From: Pseudomonadota bacterium
GTDB lineage: Bacteria > Pseudomonadota > Gammaproteobacteria > Burkholderiales > Gallionellaceae
Assembly (NCBI GenBank): GCA_043827165.1
Contig: JBDRPJ010000007.1
Span: 123,374-187,373, forward strand
Reading direction: 5' to 3'
DNA length: 64,000 nt
In this document: positions 1 through 11,565 of the stretch, piece after piece
Position numbering within the stretch: position 1 is the first letter of the stretch
Layout of the letters: the number at the start of each line of letters is the position of its first letter
Notes under the pieces: generated by a model
What the model was told of the DNA's origin: nothing
Seen by the model: the letters and a program-made list of their open reading frames with translations, nothing else
Database searches by the model: none
Translations under genes and position numbers: made by a program

Positions 1-1513
1 AGAGCGCATCCTCGAAGAAGCGCGCCAGAAGGCGGTTGTTTCGGCCGACGGCGTGTTGAATGGTCTCAATATGTTGATGCTGAACGGCATCATCAGCGAT
101 GCCGAGCAGCGCAAGCTGTACGTGGAGAAGATGGGCGCTTCCGCTCGAGTGGTCGATCTGCGTGTGATGCGCCATACACCGGTCATCGAACAGTTCGGCC
201 CCGGTCTGCCTTCCGAACAGGCCAAGGACGAGATGGACAAGGAAGCACTGTCCACGGCGAAACAACAGACGCGCGTGGAACGGCAGGGCGACTTGCATAC
301 GCTGCGCGTCGTGGTGCCATTCATCGCACAGGCGGATTTTCGCGGCACCAACTGTCTGATGTGCCATATCGTTCCTGAAGGCTCCGTCAACGGCGCGGCC
401 AGCATCACGCTCGATGTTTCAGAGGAGTTCGAGTTGATGGCGCGCGCGGATACTCTACTGTGGGGCATCCAGATCGCGATCCAGGTGTTCCTCTATTTCA
501 TGATCGGCTGGTTGATCGGTTTCGTCACGGGGCCGACCAGGTCTTTGCAGCAGGCCATGCTGGCCATGCAGGCGACCGGTGACCTGTCCAAGCGCGCACC
601 GGTGAGCACCGAGGATGAGGTCGGGCAGACCGTGCAGGCCTTCAACGCGCTGGCTAACAACTTCCAGGTGATCCTGTCCCAAGTGGACGGGCAGGCCGTG
701 CAAGTGGCGAGCGCCGCACATTCCCTGTCCGGTGATGCGGCGACGCTGGCGACCAGTGTGCAGAAGCAGAGTGATGCGGCCGCTGTCGTGGCGAGCGCAG
801 TCTCGCAAGTGAGCAGCAGCATCGGCCAGGTCGCGGAAAGCACCAGTCGCGTCGCAAAACTTTCCCATGAGAGTCTGGAACGAGCCAACCGCGGGCAGGA
901 AAGCTTGCAAGAGATGGTGCAGGAACTGAGCAACGTCGAGCGCGCAGTGGGGGAGATCGCCAACTCGGTCAACCAGTTCGTCGCCAATACGCAGAGCATC
1001 ACCAGCATGACGCAGCAGGTGCGCGACATCGCCGAGCAGACCAATCTGCTGGCGCTGAATGCGGCGATCGAGGCGGCCCGCGCGGGTGAACAGGGGCGCG
1101 GTTTCGCGGTGGTGGCGGACGAAGTGCGCAAGCTGGCAGAGAAGTCCGCTCAGTCCGCCACCCAGATCGACGAAGTGACGCAATCGCTGGGCAGCCAGTC
1201 CGAGCAGGTCGAACGCACGGTGCAAACCGGCATGAGCGCCTTGCAGACCAGCCAGACGCATGTGGGCGATGTGACCAAGATATTGATCGAGTCCAACCAG
1301 TCGGTCGGGGGTGTGAATGAAGGTCTGGAAGAGATATCCCGTTCCATCAATTCACAGCGCGATGCGGCGCAGGAGATCGCCCGCAACGTTGAGAACATCG
1401 CCACCATGGCAGAGCAAAGCAATGCGGTGGTGCAGCGTACGGTGGCATCGGCGCAAACGATGGAACAAGTCGCCGAGAGTCTGAAATCGACAGTGGGTAA
1501 ATTCAAGATTTGA
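1..1513 (+). CDS. Methyl-accepting chemotaxis protein with periplasmic heme-c (CxxCH, DUF3365-like) domain, 5'-truncated by window
   Basis: Frame is open from base 2 ([10 protein letters not shown]...). CLMCH motif, TM helix, HAMP and MCP core [37 protein letters not shown]. Confidence 0.9.
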   Translation, partial: ERILEEARQKAVVSADGVLNGLNMLMLNGIISDAEQRKLYVEKMGASARVVDLRVMRHTPVIEQFGPGLPSEQAKDEMDKEALSTAKQQTRVERQGDLHTLRVVVPFIAQADFRGTNCLMCHIVPEGSVNGAASITLDVSEEFELMARADTLLWGIQIAIQVFLYFMIGWLIGFVTGPTRSLQQAMLAMQATGDLSKRAPVSTEDEVGQTVQAFNALANNFQVILSQVDGQAVQVASAAHSLSGDAATLATSVQKQSDAAAVVASAVSQVSSSIGQVAESTSRVAKLSHESLERANRGQESLQEMVQELSNVERAVGEIANSVNQFVANTQSITSMTQQVRDIAEQTNLLALNAAIEAARAGEQGRGFAVVADEVRKLAEKSAQSATQIDEVTQSLGSQSEQVERTVQTGMSALQTSQTHVGDVTKILIESNQSVGGVNEGLEEISRSINSQRDAAQEIARNVENIATMAEQSNAVVQRTVASAQTMEQVAESLKSTVGKFKI

Positions 1514-1540
1514 TGCACCCGTCGCACCAGGAGGAAGATC

Positions 1541-3622
1541 ATGCAAAATAAGAACGCATATGTGTCGCAAAAGGAGGTCACCTTTCAGGATGGGGAGGTG
1601 CTGATTTCCAAGACCGATACCAAAGGGATCATCACCTACTGCAATGACGCATTCGAGCGCATTTCTGGCTACACGCGTGCCGAGCTGATCGGTAAAAGTC
1701 ACAATATCGTGCGCCATCCAGATATGCCTAGACAGGCATTCAAGTGGCTGTGGGATACCCTGAAAACCGAGCGCCCATGGCGCGGTCTGGTGAAGAACCG
1801 TTGCAAGAACGGAGACCACTATTGGGTTCGTGCCACGGTCGCACCCATCCTGGAAGGCGGCAGCATCGTCGGCTACGTCTCGGTGCGCCGGCCGCCCACG
1901 CGCGCGCAGATCGCCAAAGCAGAATCGGTTTATCGGGAGCTCAATCAGAATGGCGGTGAGGTCGTTTCCCGCTATGAGAAGCTCAAGGTCAAGAACTGGT
2001 CGTTAAAAGCCAAGCTGCAGGCAGCGATCCAGATCCCGCTGCTGCTCATTTTGACCGTGGCGCAGATGTACCTGACTGGCGGTATGCAGGACGAAGCGAA
2101 GTTGCAAGCGGAATCCAAGGGCGCTCAGGTCGCCACCCAGATCATCGACAACGCCAATATGTTGATGGTGACCGGCCAGATCGGTATCGAGGAGAATCGC
2201 AAGCTGCTGATCGAGAAAGTCACCTCGTCCGGCCATGTGAAATCCGCGGTCATCCTGCGCTCGGATCATCTGGTCTCACAGTACGGCGCTGGGACGGCCG
2301 AGCAGAAGGTCAAGGACGAGGTGCAACGCGATGTTCTGAAATCCGGCAAAGCAAAGGTGATCTACGGGGAAGACGCCGGCTCCCCGGTGTTGCGTATCGT
2401 CACGCCCTATCCGGCCAGCAAGGACTTCCACGGTACCGACTGCACCTTGTGCCACTCGGGCCCGGATAATTGGGTGACCGGCGCTTCCGACATCTCGATC
2501 GACCTCAAGGACGATTTCGACCGCATCCATCTGATGGAGATGAAGGTGCTGGCCGGGCAGATCGTGCTGCAACTGTTCCTGTTCTTTTTCATCGGCTACT
2601 GCGTGGATCGCTTCATCCATCGTCCGCTGTCACAGGTCGAGAAAGAATTCCGCAACATCATGGAAGGCAATCTGGATACCGAACTGGACATCACCATCCA
2701 GGACGAGATGGGCAAGCTGCTATGCGCGATCCAGACCATGCAGACCTACCTGCGCACCATGGTGGACGAGATCGTCACGCCGGTGGTCAAGATGCGGGAC
2801 AAGGTAAAATCGGTGGATGAAAAGGTGGGCGTGATGGCGAGCAATGCCGTGACGGAACAGGAGCAGATACAAAGTATCGCGGCGACCATGGAGCAGTTCA
2901 GCCAGTCCATCGCCGAGGTGGCGAACATGGCCGCCGATTCGCTGTCCGAGATGAAGCGCACCCAAGGTATCGTGGAACAGAACAATGCCAATATGGGGCT
3001 CAGTATCGACGCGACCACCAAGGTGGCAGAGACTGTGCAGCGCTCCAGCAAGACCATCTCAGATCTGGGGGCTTCCATAGAAAGAATCGGTAAAATAGCA
3101 AACTCGATCAAAGAGATCGCCGACCAGACCAATCTGCTGGCCTTGAATGCGGCCATCGAGGCAGCGCGTGCCGGCGAGCAGGGACGCGGCTTCGCAGTGG
3201 TGGCGGACGAAGTGCGCAAGTTGGCAGAGCGTACGTCTTCAAGCACCAAAGACATCACCAAGACCATTGCCGATATCACGGCGATCTCCAATGAGGCGGT
3301 TAAATCCATGGGTGAGGCGGTGGTCGAGGTCGAGAGCGGCATCACGCTGATTCGCGACAACGGTGAGCGGCTGACAGAAGTGATGGAGGCCACGGTCAGC
3401 ATGTCCCAGCGTATCGACCACATCACCATGGCGTCCAAGGAGCAGTCCGTAGCCGGGGAGAATGTGGCCAAGAGTCTGGAGCATATCTCCGGATTGGTGG
3501 ACGAGAATGCCCGTTCTTCGCAGCAGACGCGTGATGCGGCTGTGGAACTGGCGAAATCGGCCGATGAATTAAGCAAAGCAGGTTATCCGCTGACCAAGTG
3601 CGGCATGCGGAACCAGGGCTGA
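1541..3622 (+). CDS. MCP with N-terminal Aer-like PAS domain, periplasmic CxxCH domain, HAMP and signalling domain
   Basis: Aer-type PAS ([34 protein letters not shown]), CTLCH, two TM helices, MCP core. Confidence 0.9.
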   Translation: MQNKNAYVSQKEVTFQDGEVLISKTDTKGIITYCNDAFERISGYTRAELIGKSHNIVRHPDMPRQAFKWLWDTLKTERPWRGLVKNRCKNGDHYWVRATVAPILEGGSIVGYVSVRRPPTRAQIAKAESVYRELNQNGGEVVSRYEKLKVKNWSLKAKLQAAIQIPLLLILTVAQMYLTGGMQDEAKLQAESKGAQVATQIIDNANMLMVTGQIGIEENRKLLIEKVTSSGHVKSAVILRSDHLVSQYGAGTAEQKVKDEVQRDVLKSGKAKVIYGEDAGSPVLRIVTPYPASKDFHGTDCTLCHSGPDNWVTGASDISIDLKDDFDRIHLMEMKVLAGQIVLQLFLFFFIGYCVDRFIHRPLSQVEKEFRNIMEGNLDTELDITIQDEMGKLLCAIQTMQTYLRTMVDEIVTPVVKMRDKVKSVDEKVGVMASNAVTEQEQIQSIAATMEQFSQSIAEVANMAADSLSEMKRTQGIVEQNNANMGLSIDATTKVAETVQRSSKTISDLGASIERIGKIANSIKEIADQTNLLALNAAIEAARAGEQGRGFAVVADEVRKLAERTSSSTKDITKTIADITAISNEAVKSMGEAVVEVESGITLIRDNGERLTEVMEATVSMSQRIDHITMASKEQSVAGENVAKSLEHISGLVDENARSSQQTRDAAVELAKSADELSKAGYPLTKCGMRNQG

Positions 3623-3636
3623 GCAAGGAGAGAGCA

Positions 3637-4581
3637 ATGTCTGAACTGTTAAAGAATATCGATGCGCGTACCAAGCTGGCGGGCACCAACAAGCTGGAGA
3701 TCCTGATGTTCTCTCTGGGCAAGGACCTGCGCACCGGCCGCGAAGAGACCTTCGGCATCAACGTATTCAAGGTGCGCGAAGTGATGCGCATACCCGAGAT
3801 CACGCGCGCGCCCGAGATGCCGGCGGCGGTGGAAGGTATGGTGAGTTTGCGCGGAGCCCTGGTGCCGGTGATCGATCTGGCCAAGTACATCGGCATGGAG
3901 TCCGACAGCAAGCCCGACATCATGATAGTGACCGAATACAACGGACACACCCAGGGTTTCCTGGTGAAGTCGGTGGACAACATCCTGCGCTTGGACTGGT
4001 CGGCAATGCGCGTTCCGCCCGAAATGCTGGCTGCGGAGATGGGCGGTCTGGTGACCGCCATCACGGAGCTTAAGGACAAGCGTCTGGTGATGATGCTGGA
4101 CGTGGAAAAGGTGCTGGCCGAGACCGGACACTTCGGTTCGGACGACATGATCTTCAAAGCGGTCAAGTCAATCGGAAAAGAAAATCGCACCGTGTTCTAC
4201 GCCGACGACTCGTCCGTCGCGCGCAACCAGATTGCGCGTACCCTTGAGGCGATGGGCGTCAAGTCCATCTCTGCCATCAACGGCCGCAAGGCTTGGGAAG
4301 AACTGGCACGTATGGCGGACTATGCCGAATCATCCAATACTCCACTGAAAGAGATGGTGCAGGTGATCCTGACCGATGTGGAGATGCCGGAGATGGACGG
4401 TTATATGTTGACGCGCAAGATCAAGGCCGACAAACGATTCAACGGAATCCCGGTGCTGATGCATTCCTCGCTGTCCAGCAGTTCCAATCAGCAGTTGGGC
4501 AAGGCGGTCGGGGTGGACGAATATGTACCCAAGTTCGAGCCGCAGAAATTGTCGCAGACGCTGGCGCGTCTGCTGGGATAA
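3637..4581 (+). CDS. cheV: Chemotaxis coupling protein CheV (CheW + receiver), copy 1
   Basis: [11 protein letters not shown] CheW domain plus receiver (ADDS, LTDVEMPEMDG, VPKF). Start set at ATG 3637 after AAGGAG. Confidence 0.92.
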   Translation: MSELLKNIDARTKLAGTNKLEILMFSLGKDLRTGREETFGINVFKVREVMRIPEITRAPEMPAAVEGMVSLRGALVPVIDLAKYIGMESDSKPDIMIVTEYNGHTQGFLVKSVDNILRLDWSAMRVPPEMLAAEMGGLVTAITELKDKRLVMMLDVEKVLAETGHFGSDDMIFKAVKSIGKENRTVFYADDSSVARNQIARTLEAMGVKSISAINGRKAWEELARMADYAESSNTPLKEMVQVILTDVEMPEMDGYMLTRKIKADKRFNGIPVLMHSSLSSSSNQQLGKAVGVDEYVPKFEPQKLSQTLARLLG

Positions 4582-4593
4582 GAGGAGCACGAG

Positions 4594-5544
4594 ATGGCAT
4601 ACAACGAAGACATGTTGGCAAACAGTGAGAACGATGGTCTGCTCGATCATATCGATGCCCGTACGAGCCTGGCCGGTACCAACAAGATGGAGATTCTGCT
4701 GTTCAATCTGGGAACAAATGAAAAGTTCGGCATCAACGTGTTCAAAGTGAAGGAAGTGTCACAGGCAGGCAAGGTCACTCGCACACCAAATATGCCGCAG
4801 GGCGTGGACGGCATCGTCAGTCTGCGCGGCCATGTGATGCCGGTGCTGAATCTGGCGAAGTTCATGGGTATCCAGGAAGAAGATCCGCACCAGACCATGA
4901 TGGTGGCTGAGTACAACAACCATATCCTCGGATTCCTGGTGAAGGATGTGGATCGCATCATCCGCGTCGATTGGGACAAGGTGCGCCCGACCGAGGGCAT
5001 GCTGTCCGACAAGGATGCTCTGATCACCGCCATCACTAATCTGGATGACGGTTCCCTGGTGTCCATTCTCGATGTGGAGCAGATCCTTTCCAACGCCTTC
5101 GGTGAAGCCATTGTCGGCAACGTCGAGCGCATCGAATCCGCTCATGATCTGTGTGTGTTCTTCGCCGACGACTCCATGGTAGCCCGCCGCAAGATCGCAG
5201 AAGTTCTGGATCGTATGGGTGTCAAGCATATCCAGTCCAACAATGGTCAGGAAGCATGGGATCGCTTGCGCACGATGGCTGATGCTGCACAAAGCAGCGG
5301 GCAAGATCTGCACAACCAGATACAGGTCATTCTGACCGATGCCGAAATGCCCGCGATGGACGGATATGTATTGACTCAGTACATCAAGAACGACAGGCGT
5401 TTCGAAGGCATCCCGGTGGTGATGCACTCCTCGCTGTCTTCCGACGCCAATCGGGCCATGGGTACGCGTGTGGGCGTGGATTACTACGTGCCCAAGTTCG
5501 ATTCGATGGTGTTGTCGTCGACTCTGAGGCCGTTGCTGACATAA
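4594..5544 (+). CDS. cheV: Chemotaxis coupling protein CheV, copy 2
   Basis: [11 protein letters not shown] plus receiver ([19 protein letters not shown]). Confidence 0.92.
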   Translation: MAYNEDMLANSENDGLLDHIDARTSLAGTNKMEILLFNLGTNEKFGINVFKVKEVSQAGKVTRTPNMPQGVDGIVSLRGHVMPVLNLAKFMGIQEEDPHQTMMVAEYNNHILGFLVKDVDRIIRVDWDKVRPTEGMLSDKDALITAITNLDDGSLVSILDVEQILSNAFGEAIVGNVERIESAHDLCVFFADDSMVARRKIAEVLDRMGVKHIQSNNGQEAWDRLRTMADAAQSSGQDLHNQIQVILTDAEMPAMDGYVLTQYIKNDRRFEGIPVVMHSSLSSDANRAMGTRVGVDYYVPKFDSMVLSSTLRPLLT

Positions 5545-5578
5545 CAAGCTGGATGGAAGTTGCATTAAGGAGATTGAG

Positions 5579-5977
5579 ATGGGAATAGAGAATACAAAAT
5601 TTCTGGTGGTGGACGATTTTTCCACGATGCGTCGCATCGTGCGCAATCTCCTGAAAGAGCTGGGTTTCGTCAATGTGCAAGAGGCGGAAGACGGCGTGGA
5701 TGCGCTGAACAAGCTGCGCGGCGAAACGTTCGATTTCGTGGTGTCGGATTGGAACATGCCGAACATGACCGGTATCGAACTGCTGCGTGCGATTCGTGCC
5801 GACGCGGCGCTCAAGCATCTGCCGGTATTGATGGTGACGGCAGAAGCGAAGAAGGAAAACATCATCGAGGCTGCACAAGCTGGTGCGTCCGGGTATGTGG
5901 TCAAGCCGTTCACTGCCGCGACGCTGGACGAAAAACTGAAAAAGATATTTGCGGCAAATCCGCATTTGAACAAGTGA
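5579..5977 (+). CDS. cheY: Chemotaxis response regulator CheY
   Basis: [39 protein letters not shown]. Confidence 0.97.
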   Translation: MGIENTKFLVVDDFSTMRRIVRNLLKELGFVNVQEAEDGVDALNKLRGETFDFVVSDWNMPNMTGIELLRAIRADAALKHLPVLMVTAEAKKENIIEAAQAGASGYVVKPFTAATLDEKLKKIFAANPHLNK

Positions 5978-5985
5978 GGTGAATC

Positions 5986-6708
5986 ATGGCTAATCCTGCA
6001 AATAACGACTCGGACGATCTCGAAGCACTGTTCGATAGCATCATCTCTGCCAATACCGATGAACCCAAGGCTGCTGCCAAAGTAATCCAGTTGAACGCTG
6101 ATGCGGAGCCCGCCAAGGTCCTCAACCAGGTCGGTCACATGGCGCGCAAGCTGCATGACACCTTGCGTGAACTCGGCCTGCACAAGGAGATCGAGAAAGC
6201 GGCTTCGACCATCCCTGATGCGCGCGACCGTCTCAACTATGTGGCGACCCTGACACAGCAGGCGGCAGAACGCGTGCTGACCGCCACAGAATCGGCGCAG
6301 CCACTGGTCGACAAGCTTTCCGATGAGTCGCAACGGTTGGCTGCGCAATGGGATCTGCTGTTCCAGAAGAAACTGGATGTGCAGCAGTTCAAGGCGCTGG
6401 TCATGCAGACACATGCCCATCTACATGAGACGCCCAAGCAGGGCAAGGAAGTGAATGCCTATCTGCTGGAGATCATGATGGCCCAGGATTTCCAGGATCT
6501 GACCGGGCAGGTCATCAAGAAGATCATTCAGTTGACGCAAGAGATGGAAAAACAACTGGTGGAACTGTTGCTGGAGAACGCGCCGCCGGCGGTACGTGCT
6601 GAGAACGCGGGTCTGTTGAATGGCCCGGTGATCAACGCTAAGGGCAGGGATGATGTGGTTACCAGTCAGGATCAGGTCGACGATCTGCTTGAGAGCTTGG
6701 GATTCTGA
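5986..6708 (+). CDS. cheZ: CheY-P phosphatase CheZ
   Basis: PDARDRL, MMAQDFQDLTGQVI, C-terminal QDQVDDLLESLGF. Confidence 0.97.
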   Translation: MANPANNDSDDLEALFDSIISANTDEPKAAAKVIQLNADAEPAKVLNQVGHMARKLHDTLRELGLHKEIEKAASTIPDARDRLNYVATLTQQAAERVLTATESAQPLVDKLSDESQRLAAQWDLLFQKKLDVQQFKALVMQTHAHLHETPKQGKEVNAYLLEIMMAQDFQDLTGQVIKKIIQLTQEMEKQLVELLLENAPPAVRAENAGLLNGPVINAKGRDDVVTSQDQVDDLLESLGF

Positions 6709-6715
6709 AAGGTTT

Positions 6716-6769
6716 TAGGTTGGTCGGACTTCGGTCCGACCAAGCCTGTCAGGCTGAAGCCTGACCTAC
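6716..6769. repeat. REP/REPIN-like doublet (GTAG-family palindromes)
   Basis: Hairpin TTGGTCGGAC-TTCG-GTCCGACCAA (6720-6743), then GTCAGGCTGAAGCCTGACCTAC (6748-6769), whose reverse complement is GTAG-GTCAGGCTTCAGCCTGAC. Confidence 0.7.
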
Positions 6770-6781
6770 AAGGAGCGAAAA

Positions 6782-8638
6782 ATGAACGATTTTGCCGGAA
6801 TGGAAGACCTGCTGAGTGACTTTCTGATGGAAGCAGGGGACATGTTGTCCGATGTGGACAGCAAGCTGATGGAGCTGGAGAAATCCCCGGAAGAAGGCGG
6901 GCTGTTGAACGAGATATTCCGCGGTTTCCACACCATCAAGGGCGGAGCCGGCTTCTTGAATGCGACCGAACTGGTGACATTGTGTCATCTGACAGAGAAC
7001 CTGTTCGACAAGTTGCGCAACAAGGAGCTGAAGCTGAGCGCAGAACTCATGGATGTGATCTTCGCCGCCACGGCAGAAGTGCGTCATATGTTCGGTGCCC
7101 TGCAGCAGAATCAGCAACCGCAGGCCGCGCCAGCCGACATCATCAGCGCCCTGAAGGACGCTCTAGAGGGCAAGGCGGTCGCATCGATCAAGTCTTCAGC
7201 CCCGACTGCCGCTGTTCCTGCAGCGGCAGCTGATCAGGCTGCCCTGCCGGTCATCGAGGCTGAGAACGTAGATTGGGAAGCGCTGCACAAGGCGCTGGTT
7301 GGTAACGACATCGTCGAGCAGGTCGGCGCCAAACGCGATCCGGAAGTGATCAAGCAGGCGATCAACGAGGAAGAATCGACGCGCAAGGCATTCGGCAGAC
7401 GTTCTACCGACGTGCCGGGCAGCACGGTCGGCCGGCGCGGCGGCGATGTGCCGGCCACCGAAGCAAAAGAGACCACCATCCGGGTGGATACCGAGCGTCT
7501 GGATCAGGTGCTCAACCTATCCGGCGAGATCGGTCTGACCAAGAACCGTTTGACGCACTTGCGCTCCGACATCTTGCAGGGGCGCAGCGATAGCGACACG
7601 CTGCGCGAGCTGGATCTGTCGGTGACCCAGCTCGACATGCTGGTCGTGAACCTGCAGAACGCGGTAATGAAGACGCGCATGCAACCCATCGGCCGACTGT
7701 TCAAGAAATATCCGCGTTTGGCGCGCGATCTGGCGCGTTCGCTGAGCAAGGATGTGGAGCTGGTGCTGATCGGAGAAGAGACCGAGATGGACAAGACCAT
7801 GATCGAGGACTTGAACGATCCGCTGGTGCACCTGGTGCGCAACGCGGTCGATCACGGTGTCGAAACCATCGAGGAGCGTCGTGCCGCTGGCAAGCCCGAG
7901 AAGAGCATGGTCGAGCTGGCCGCACGTCAGGAAGGGGATCACATCCTGATCACCATCACCGACGATGGCAAAGGGATGCGCCCTGAAGTGATCCGCAACA
8001 AGGCGGTGGAAAAGGGCTTGATCACCAGCGAGGTGGCCAACACGCTGGACGAGAACCAGTGCCTCGAATTGGTATTCCTGCCCGGTTTCTCCACCAAGGA
8101 CGAGATATCCAGCGTGTCCGGACGCGGTGTCGGCATGGATGTAGTGAAGACCAATATCCAGAAACTGAACGGCAGCATCCAGATCCAATCCGAACCCGGC
8201 AAGGGTTCGGTATTCTCCATCTCGCTGCCGCTGACGCTGGCGATCCTGCCTGTGCTGGTGCTGCGTCTGGGAGACCAGTCGTTCGCGGTGCCGCTGTCCA
8301 TGGTGCGCGAGATATTGCCGGTCACGCGCGATGCGCTGCAGCAGGTTTCCGGCAAGGCCACCATGATCGTGCGCGGCGAAGTGCTGCCGGTACTGCCGCT
8401 CACCCAGCTGATCGGCTGGGGCAACAATGAACGTTCTGAAGTCGGTGTGCTGATGCAGTTCGGCAGTAACAGCTTCATCCTGACAGCAGACGGTTTCGTC
8501 GGCCACGAAGACGTGGTGATCAAATCGCTGGATACTTTCCGTCCCAAGGGTGTGGCGGGTGTGACCATGTCCAGCGAGGGCGATATCGTGCTGATACTGG
8601 ACATCAAGGAACTGCTCAGCGATGTGCGCGGCAACTGA
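6782..8638 (+). CDS. cheA: Chemotaxis histidine kinase CheA
   Basis: Hpt FRGFHTIKGGAG, IRVDTERLD, HLVRNAVDHG, PGFST, SGRGVGMDVVK, C-terminal CheW domain. Confidence 0.97.
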   Translation: MNDFAGMEDLLSDFLMEAGDMLSDVDSKLMELEKSPEEGGLLNEIFRGFHTIKGGAGFLNATELVTLCHLTENLFDKLRNKELKLSAELMDVIFAATAEVRHMFGALQQNQQPQAAPADIISALKDALEGKAVASIKSSAPTAAVPAAAADQAALPVIEAENVDWEALHKALVGNDIVEQVGAKRDPEVIKQAINEEESTRKAFGRRSTDVPGSTVGRRGGDVPATEAKETTIRVDTERLDQVLNLSGEIGLTKNRLTHLRSDILQGRSDSDTLRELDLSVTQLDMLVVNLQNAVMKTRMQPIGRLFKKYPRLARDLARSLSKDVELVLIGEETEMDKTMIEDLNDPLVHLVRNAVDHGVETIEERRAAGKPEKSMVELAARQEGDHILITITDDGKGMRPEVIRNKAVEKGLITSEVANTLDENQCLELVFLPGFSTKDEISSVSGRGVGMDVVKTNIQKLNGSIQIQSEPGKGSVFSISLPLTLAILPVLVLRLGDQSFAVPLSMVREILPVTRDALQQVSGKATMIVRGEVLPVLPLTQLIGWGNNERSEVGVLMQFGSNSFILTADGFVGHEDVVIKSLDTFRPKGVAGVTMSSEGDIVLILDIKELLSDVRGN

Positions 8639-8670
8639 TCCGATAATAAAAACAATCACCGGAGGGAAAG

Positions 8671-10335
8671 ATGTTTGCCGCACTGTCGTTGAAGAAGAAG
8701 TTCCTGGTGCTGGAGTCGACGTCGTTCGCCATGTTCGTGGCGATGGCGTTATTCGCGCTGTTCATGCTCAAGGGCGCTGTCAACGCTGAGAAGGTCGGGG
8801 TCGAAAGGCTGAAGTCGGACATCATGGTGATGGAACACATCAGCACCATGGATATCGCGTTCCTGAAGCAGACCAAGCATGCCAAGAACGTGTGGATGCG
8901 CGGCGAGGATGCGGAAAAGAAGAAGAAATACCGAGCCGGCTTCGTCGAGGAACGCGAGCGTTTCGAGCGCAGCCTGCAGGCAGCGAGCGACGGACTGAAA
9001 CAACTCGCGTTGGGGCACGAGCAGGAGTTCGCCGGGTTCATCGGCGAACTGGATGTGTTGAAGCAAGCGCACCAGAGTGTCAGCGACCAATACCTCGCCC
9101 AGATCGATGCGCACCGCGGGGACGGCATGGTATCGGATGCGAAAGTGGAGGGGATCGACCGGCCGGTCTTGGCGCAAGTCAGGGGGTTGCGAGAAGGGTT
9201 CATGGCCTTCACCGAGCAGAAGGCGGAAGAGAAGATCACCATGGCGCAGGACGATTACGAGCACCGGCGCAACGTGATCGTCGCCTGGGTGCTGGCCTCG
9301 CTGGCTATCTCTTTCCTGCTGGCGACCGTCATCATCCGCCAGGTCATGCGCCAGTTGGGCGGTGATCCGCGTGATGTGGCGGCCGTGGTGAACACGATGG
9401 CGCAGGGTGATTTCTCGCGGCAGCCGGCGGGGCAGCCCGTGCCGGGCAGTGTGCTGGCGAACGCCTATCAGATGCAGGCCAGCCTGCGCGACATGATCGG
9501 TCAAGTTAAGTCGCAGGCCCATCATGTCGGCGATATGGCGCACAGCCTGGCGACTTCTGCCCAGCAGATCGCCGAGAACGTCAATCATGAATCCGATTCC
9601 GTAGCGGGCATGGCTGCCGCTATCGAGGAACTGAGTGTCTCCACCACGCATATCAGCGATCAGGGCGGCAATGCCAAACAGATCGCCAACAGTTCGCGCG
9701 CCAGTGCGGAAAAGGGTGCGCAGGTCGTCAACAAGACGGTCGCCGGCTTGCTGGAGATCGCGGGCGAGATCGAAAGTGCTTCGGGTGAAGTCTCGCGGCT
9801 CGGTGAGGATGCCTCGCGCATCAGCGACGTGGTCAAGGTGATCAAGGAGATCGCCGACCAGACCAACTTGCTGGCATTGAATGCGGCTATCGAGGCGGCA
9901 AGAGCAGGGGAGCAGGGCCGCGGTTTCGCTGTGGTGGCGGATGAGGTGCGCAAACTGGCCGAGCGTACGGCCGGGGCGACCAATGAGATCAGCCAGATGT
10001 CTGGCAAGATCGGCGCAGTGGCGGCGAATGCGTTGGCGGGTATGGACAAGGTGGTCAATACCACTCGCCAGGGGGTGGGGGATGCCGAGACGGCGCAGAC
10101 TTCCATCAAACATATCCAGCACAGTTTCGGTGAAGTGGCCAGTGTGATCGATGATATCGCTGTGGCTTTGGAAGAACAGAACTCTGCCGCCTCCGAGCTG
10201 GCCAAGAGTACCGAGCGTGTCTCGCAGATGTCGGAAGAGAACGCGGGGGCGGCAAAAGGGCTGCTCGATCTGGCCAACTCGCTGGAAGGTAAATCAAGAG
10301 AGGTCAGACAGTCGGTGGAAGTCTTCAAGGTCTGA
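8671..10335 (+). CDS. Transmembrane methyl-accepting chemotaxis protein (helical periplasmic sensor)
   Basis: Two TM helices, LGGDP motif, MCP core. Confidence 0.92.
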   Translation: MFAALSLKKKFLVLESTSFAMFVAMALFALFMLKGAVNAEKVGVERLKSDIMVMEHISTMDIAFLKQTKHAKNVWMRGEDAEKKKKYRAGFVEERERFERSLQAASDGLKQLALGHEQEFAGFIGELDVLKQAHQSVSDQYLAQIDAHRGDGMVSDAKVEGIDRPVLAQVRGLREGFMAFTEQKAEEKITMAQDDYEHRRNVIVAWVLASLAISFLLATVIIRQVMRQLGGDPRDVAAVVNTMAQGDFSRQPAGQPVPGSVLANAYQMQASLRDMIGQVKSQAHHVGDMAHSLATSAQQIAENVNHESDSVAGMAAAIEELSVSTTHISDQGGNAKQIANSSRASAEKGAQVVNKTVAGLLEIAGEIESASGEVSRLGEDASRISDVVKVIKEIADQTNLLALNAAIEAARAGEQGRGFAVVADEVRKLAERTAGATNEISQMSGKIGAVAANALAGMDKVVNTTRQGVGDAETAQTSIKHIQHSFGEVASVIDDIAVALEEQNSAASELAKSTERVSQMSEENAGAAKGLLDLANSLEGKSREVRQSVEVFKV

Positions 10336-10377
10336 CCTTGTATTGCATGGAACAATAATATCAATCTGGAGGAAGTC

Positions 10378-11505
10378 ATGTTTGGCGGAAAGATCAAGCA
10401 GGACTATCAAGCGGCACAGCGCCGTCTGGTAGAGACGGAACGTGATATCGGCAATCTGCGGGACGAGCTGGTCAGGCTGGAAGGGCAGCGCGAGTCGTAT
10501 CGTCAGGAAGCCGAACAGGCAAAGCTGAAGTGCGAGGTGGCAGACCAGATATTCGCCAACATGCAGGGTTTCGGCGAGTCGTTCATCGCCCTGCAAACCT
10601 CGCAGGTCGAGGCGGCGACTTCCTTGCGCGAAGAGAAGCAGAATGCCATCGAAGCGGCGAATGTCTCGGTGAACAATCGCGAAGCGGTGCTCAACATCGC
10701 CTCCAGTCTGGAATCGCTGTCCGGTGATACCTTGCGCACTTCCAAGAACGTTCAGGGTTTGACCGAACGTGCTGCACAGATCGGCAGCATCGTGCAACTG
10801 ATCAAGGAGATCGCGGACCAGACCAATCTGCTGGCATTGAATGCCGCTATCGAGGCGGCGCGTGCCGGCGAGCAGGGACGCGGTTTCGCCGTGGTGGCGG
10901 ATGAAGTGCGCAAGCTGGCGGAACGCACTGCCAAGGCGACCAGCGAGATATCGGTCATCGTGACGGCGATCCAGGACGAGACACACCATGCGCGCACCCA
11001 GATGGAAGAATGGGCGAAAAAGTCGCAGGCGTTCAGCAGCGATGTGGGCAACGTGATGGAGAACATGAAGCATCTGCTGGACCTGTCACACACCATGGAA
11101 GGCACTATCTCGGCCGCCGCGTTGCGCAGCTTCGTCGAAGTCGCCAAGATCGATCACATCCTGTACAAGTTCGAGATATACAAGGTGTTTATGGGAATCT
11201 CCGACAGGGAGTCGGATAGCTTTGCTTCCCACACTGCTTGCCGTCTGGGCAAATGGTACTTCGAGGGTGAAGGCAAGGATTGTTTCTCCAGGCTGGATGG
11301 CTATCAGGCGGTGGCCGCACCGCACCAGAGTTTCCACCATAACGGCAAAGATGCCGTGGCCGCATTCCATGCGGGCGATCCGCTGCGCGGCATGACTCTG
11401 GTGGGCAAGATGGAGTCTGACAGCATGGCTGTCCTGTCCGCACTGGAGCGCATCGCCATCGCCGGGGAGGGGGACAACAGTCTGTTGTGCGCTTCCACAA
11501 AATGA
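10378..11505 (+). CDS. Cytoplasmic MCP with C-terminal CZB (chemoreceptor zinc-binding) domain
   Basis: No TM helix. MCP core, then [16 protein letters not shown] and PHQSFH zinc-ligand motifs. Confidence 0.9.
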   Translation: MFGGKIKQDYQAAQRRLVETERDIGNLRDELVRLEGQRESYRQEAEQAKLKCEVADQIFANMQGFGESFIALQTSQVEAATSLREEKQNAIEAANVSVNNREAVLNIASSLESLSGDTLRTSKNVQGLTERAAQIGSIVQLIKEIADQTNLLALNAAIEAARAGEQGRGFAVVADEVRKLAERTAKATSEISVIVTAIQDETHHARTQMEEWAKKSQAFSSDVGNVMENMKHLLDLSHTMEGTISAAALRSFVEVAKIDHILYKFEIYKVFMGISDRESDSFASHTACRLGKWYFEGEGKDCFSRLDGYQAVAAPHQSFHHNGKDAVAAFHAGDPLRGMTLVGKMESDSMAVLSALERIAIAGEGDNSLLCASTK

Positions 11506-11565
11506 CACCGGTACTGAGTTCCGGTTGTTCGATACATGACAGCCGGAACCGGGTTTTGTCCCAGC

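Noticed and set aside
8639-8646. Sigma-28 -10-like TCCGATAA before the MCP at 8671
   Set aside because: No matching -35 element at the expected spacing.
11518-11549. Hairpin between the CZB MCP and cheR
   Set aside because: Ordinary intergenic stem with a poor U-tract; function cannot be assigned.
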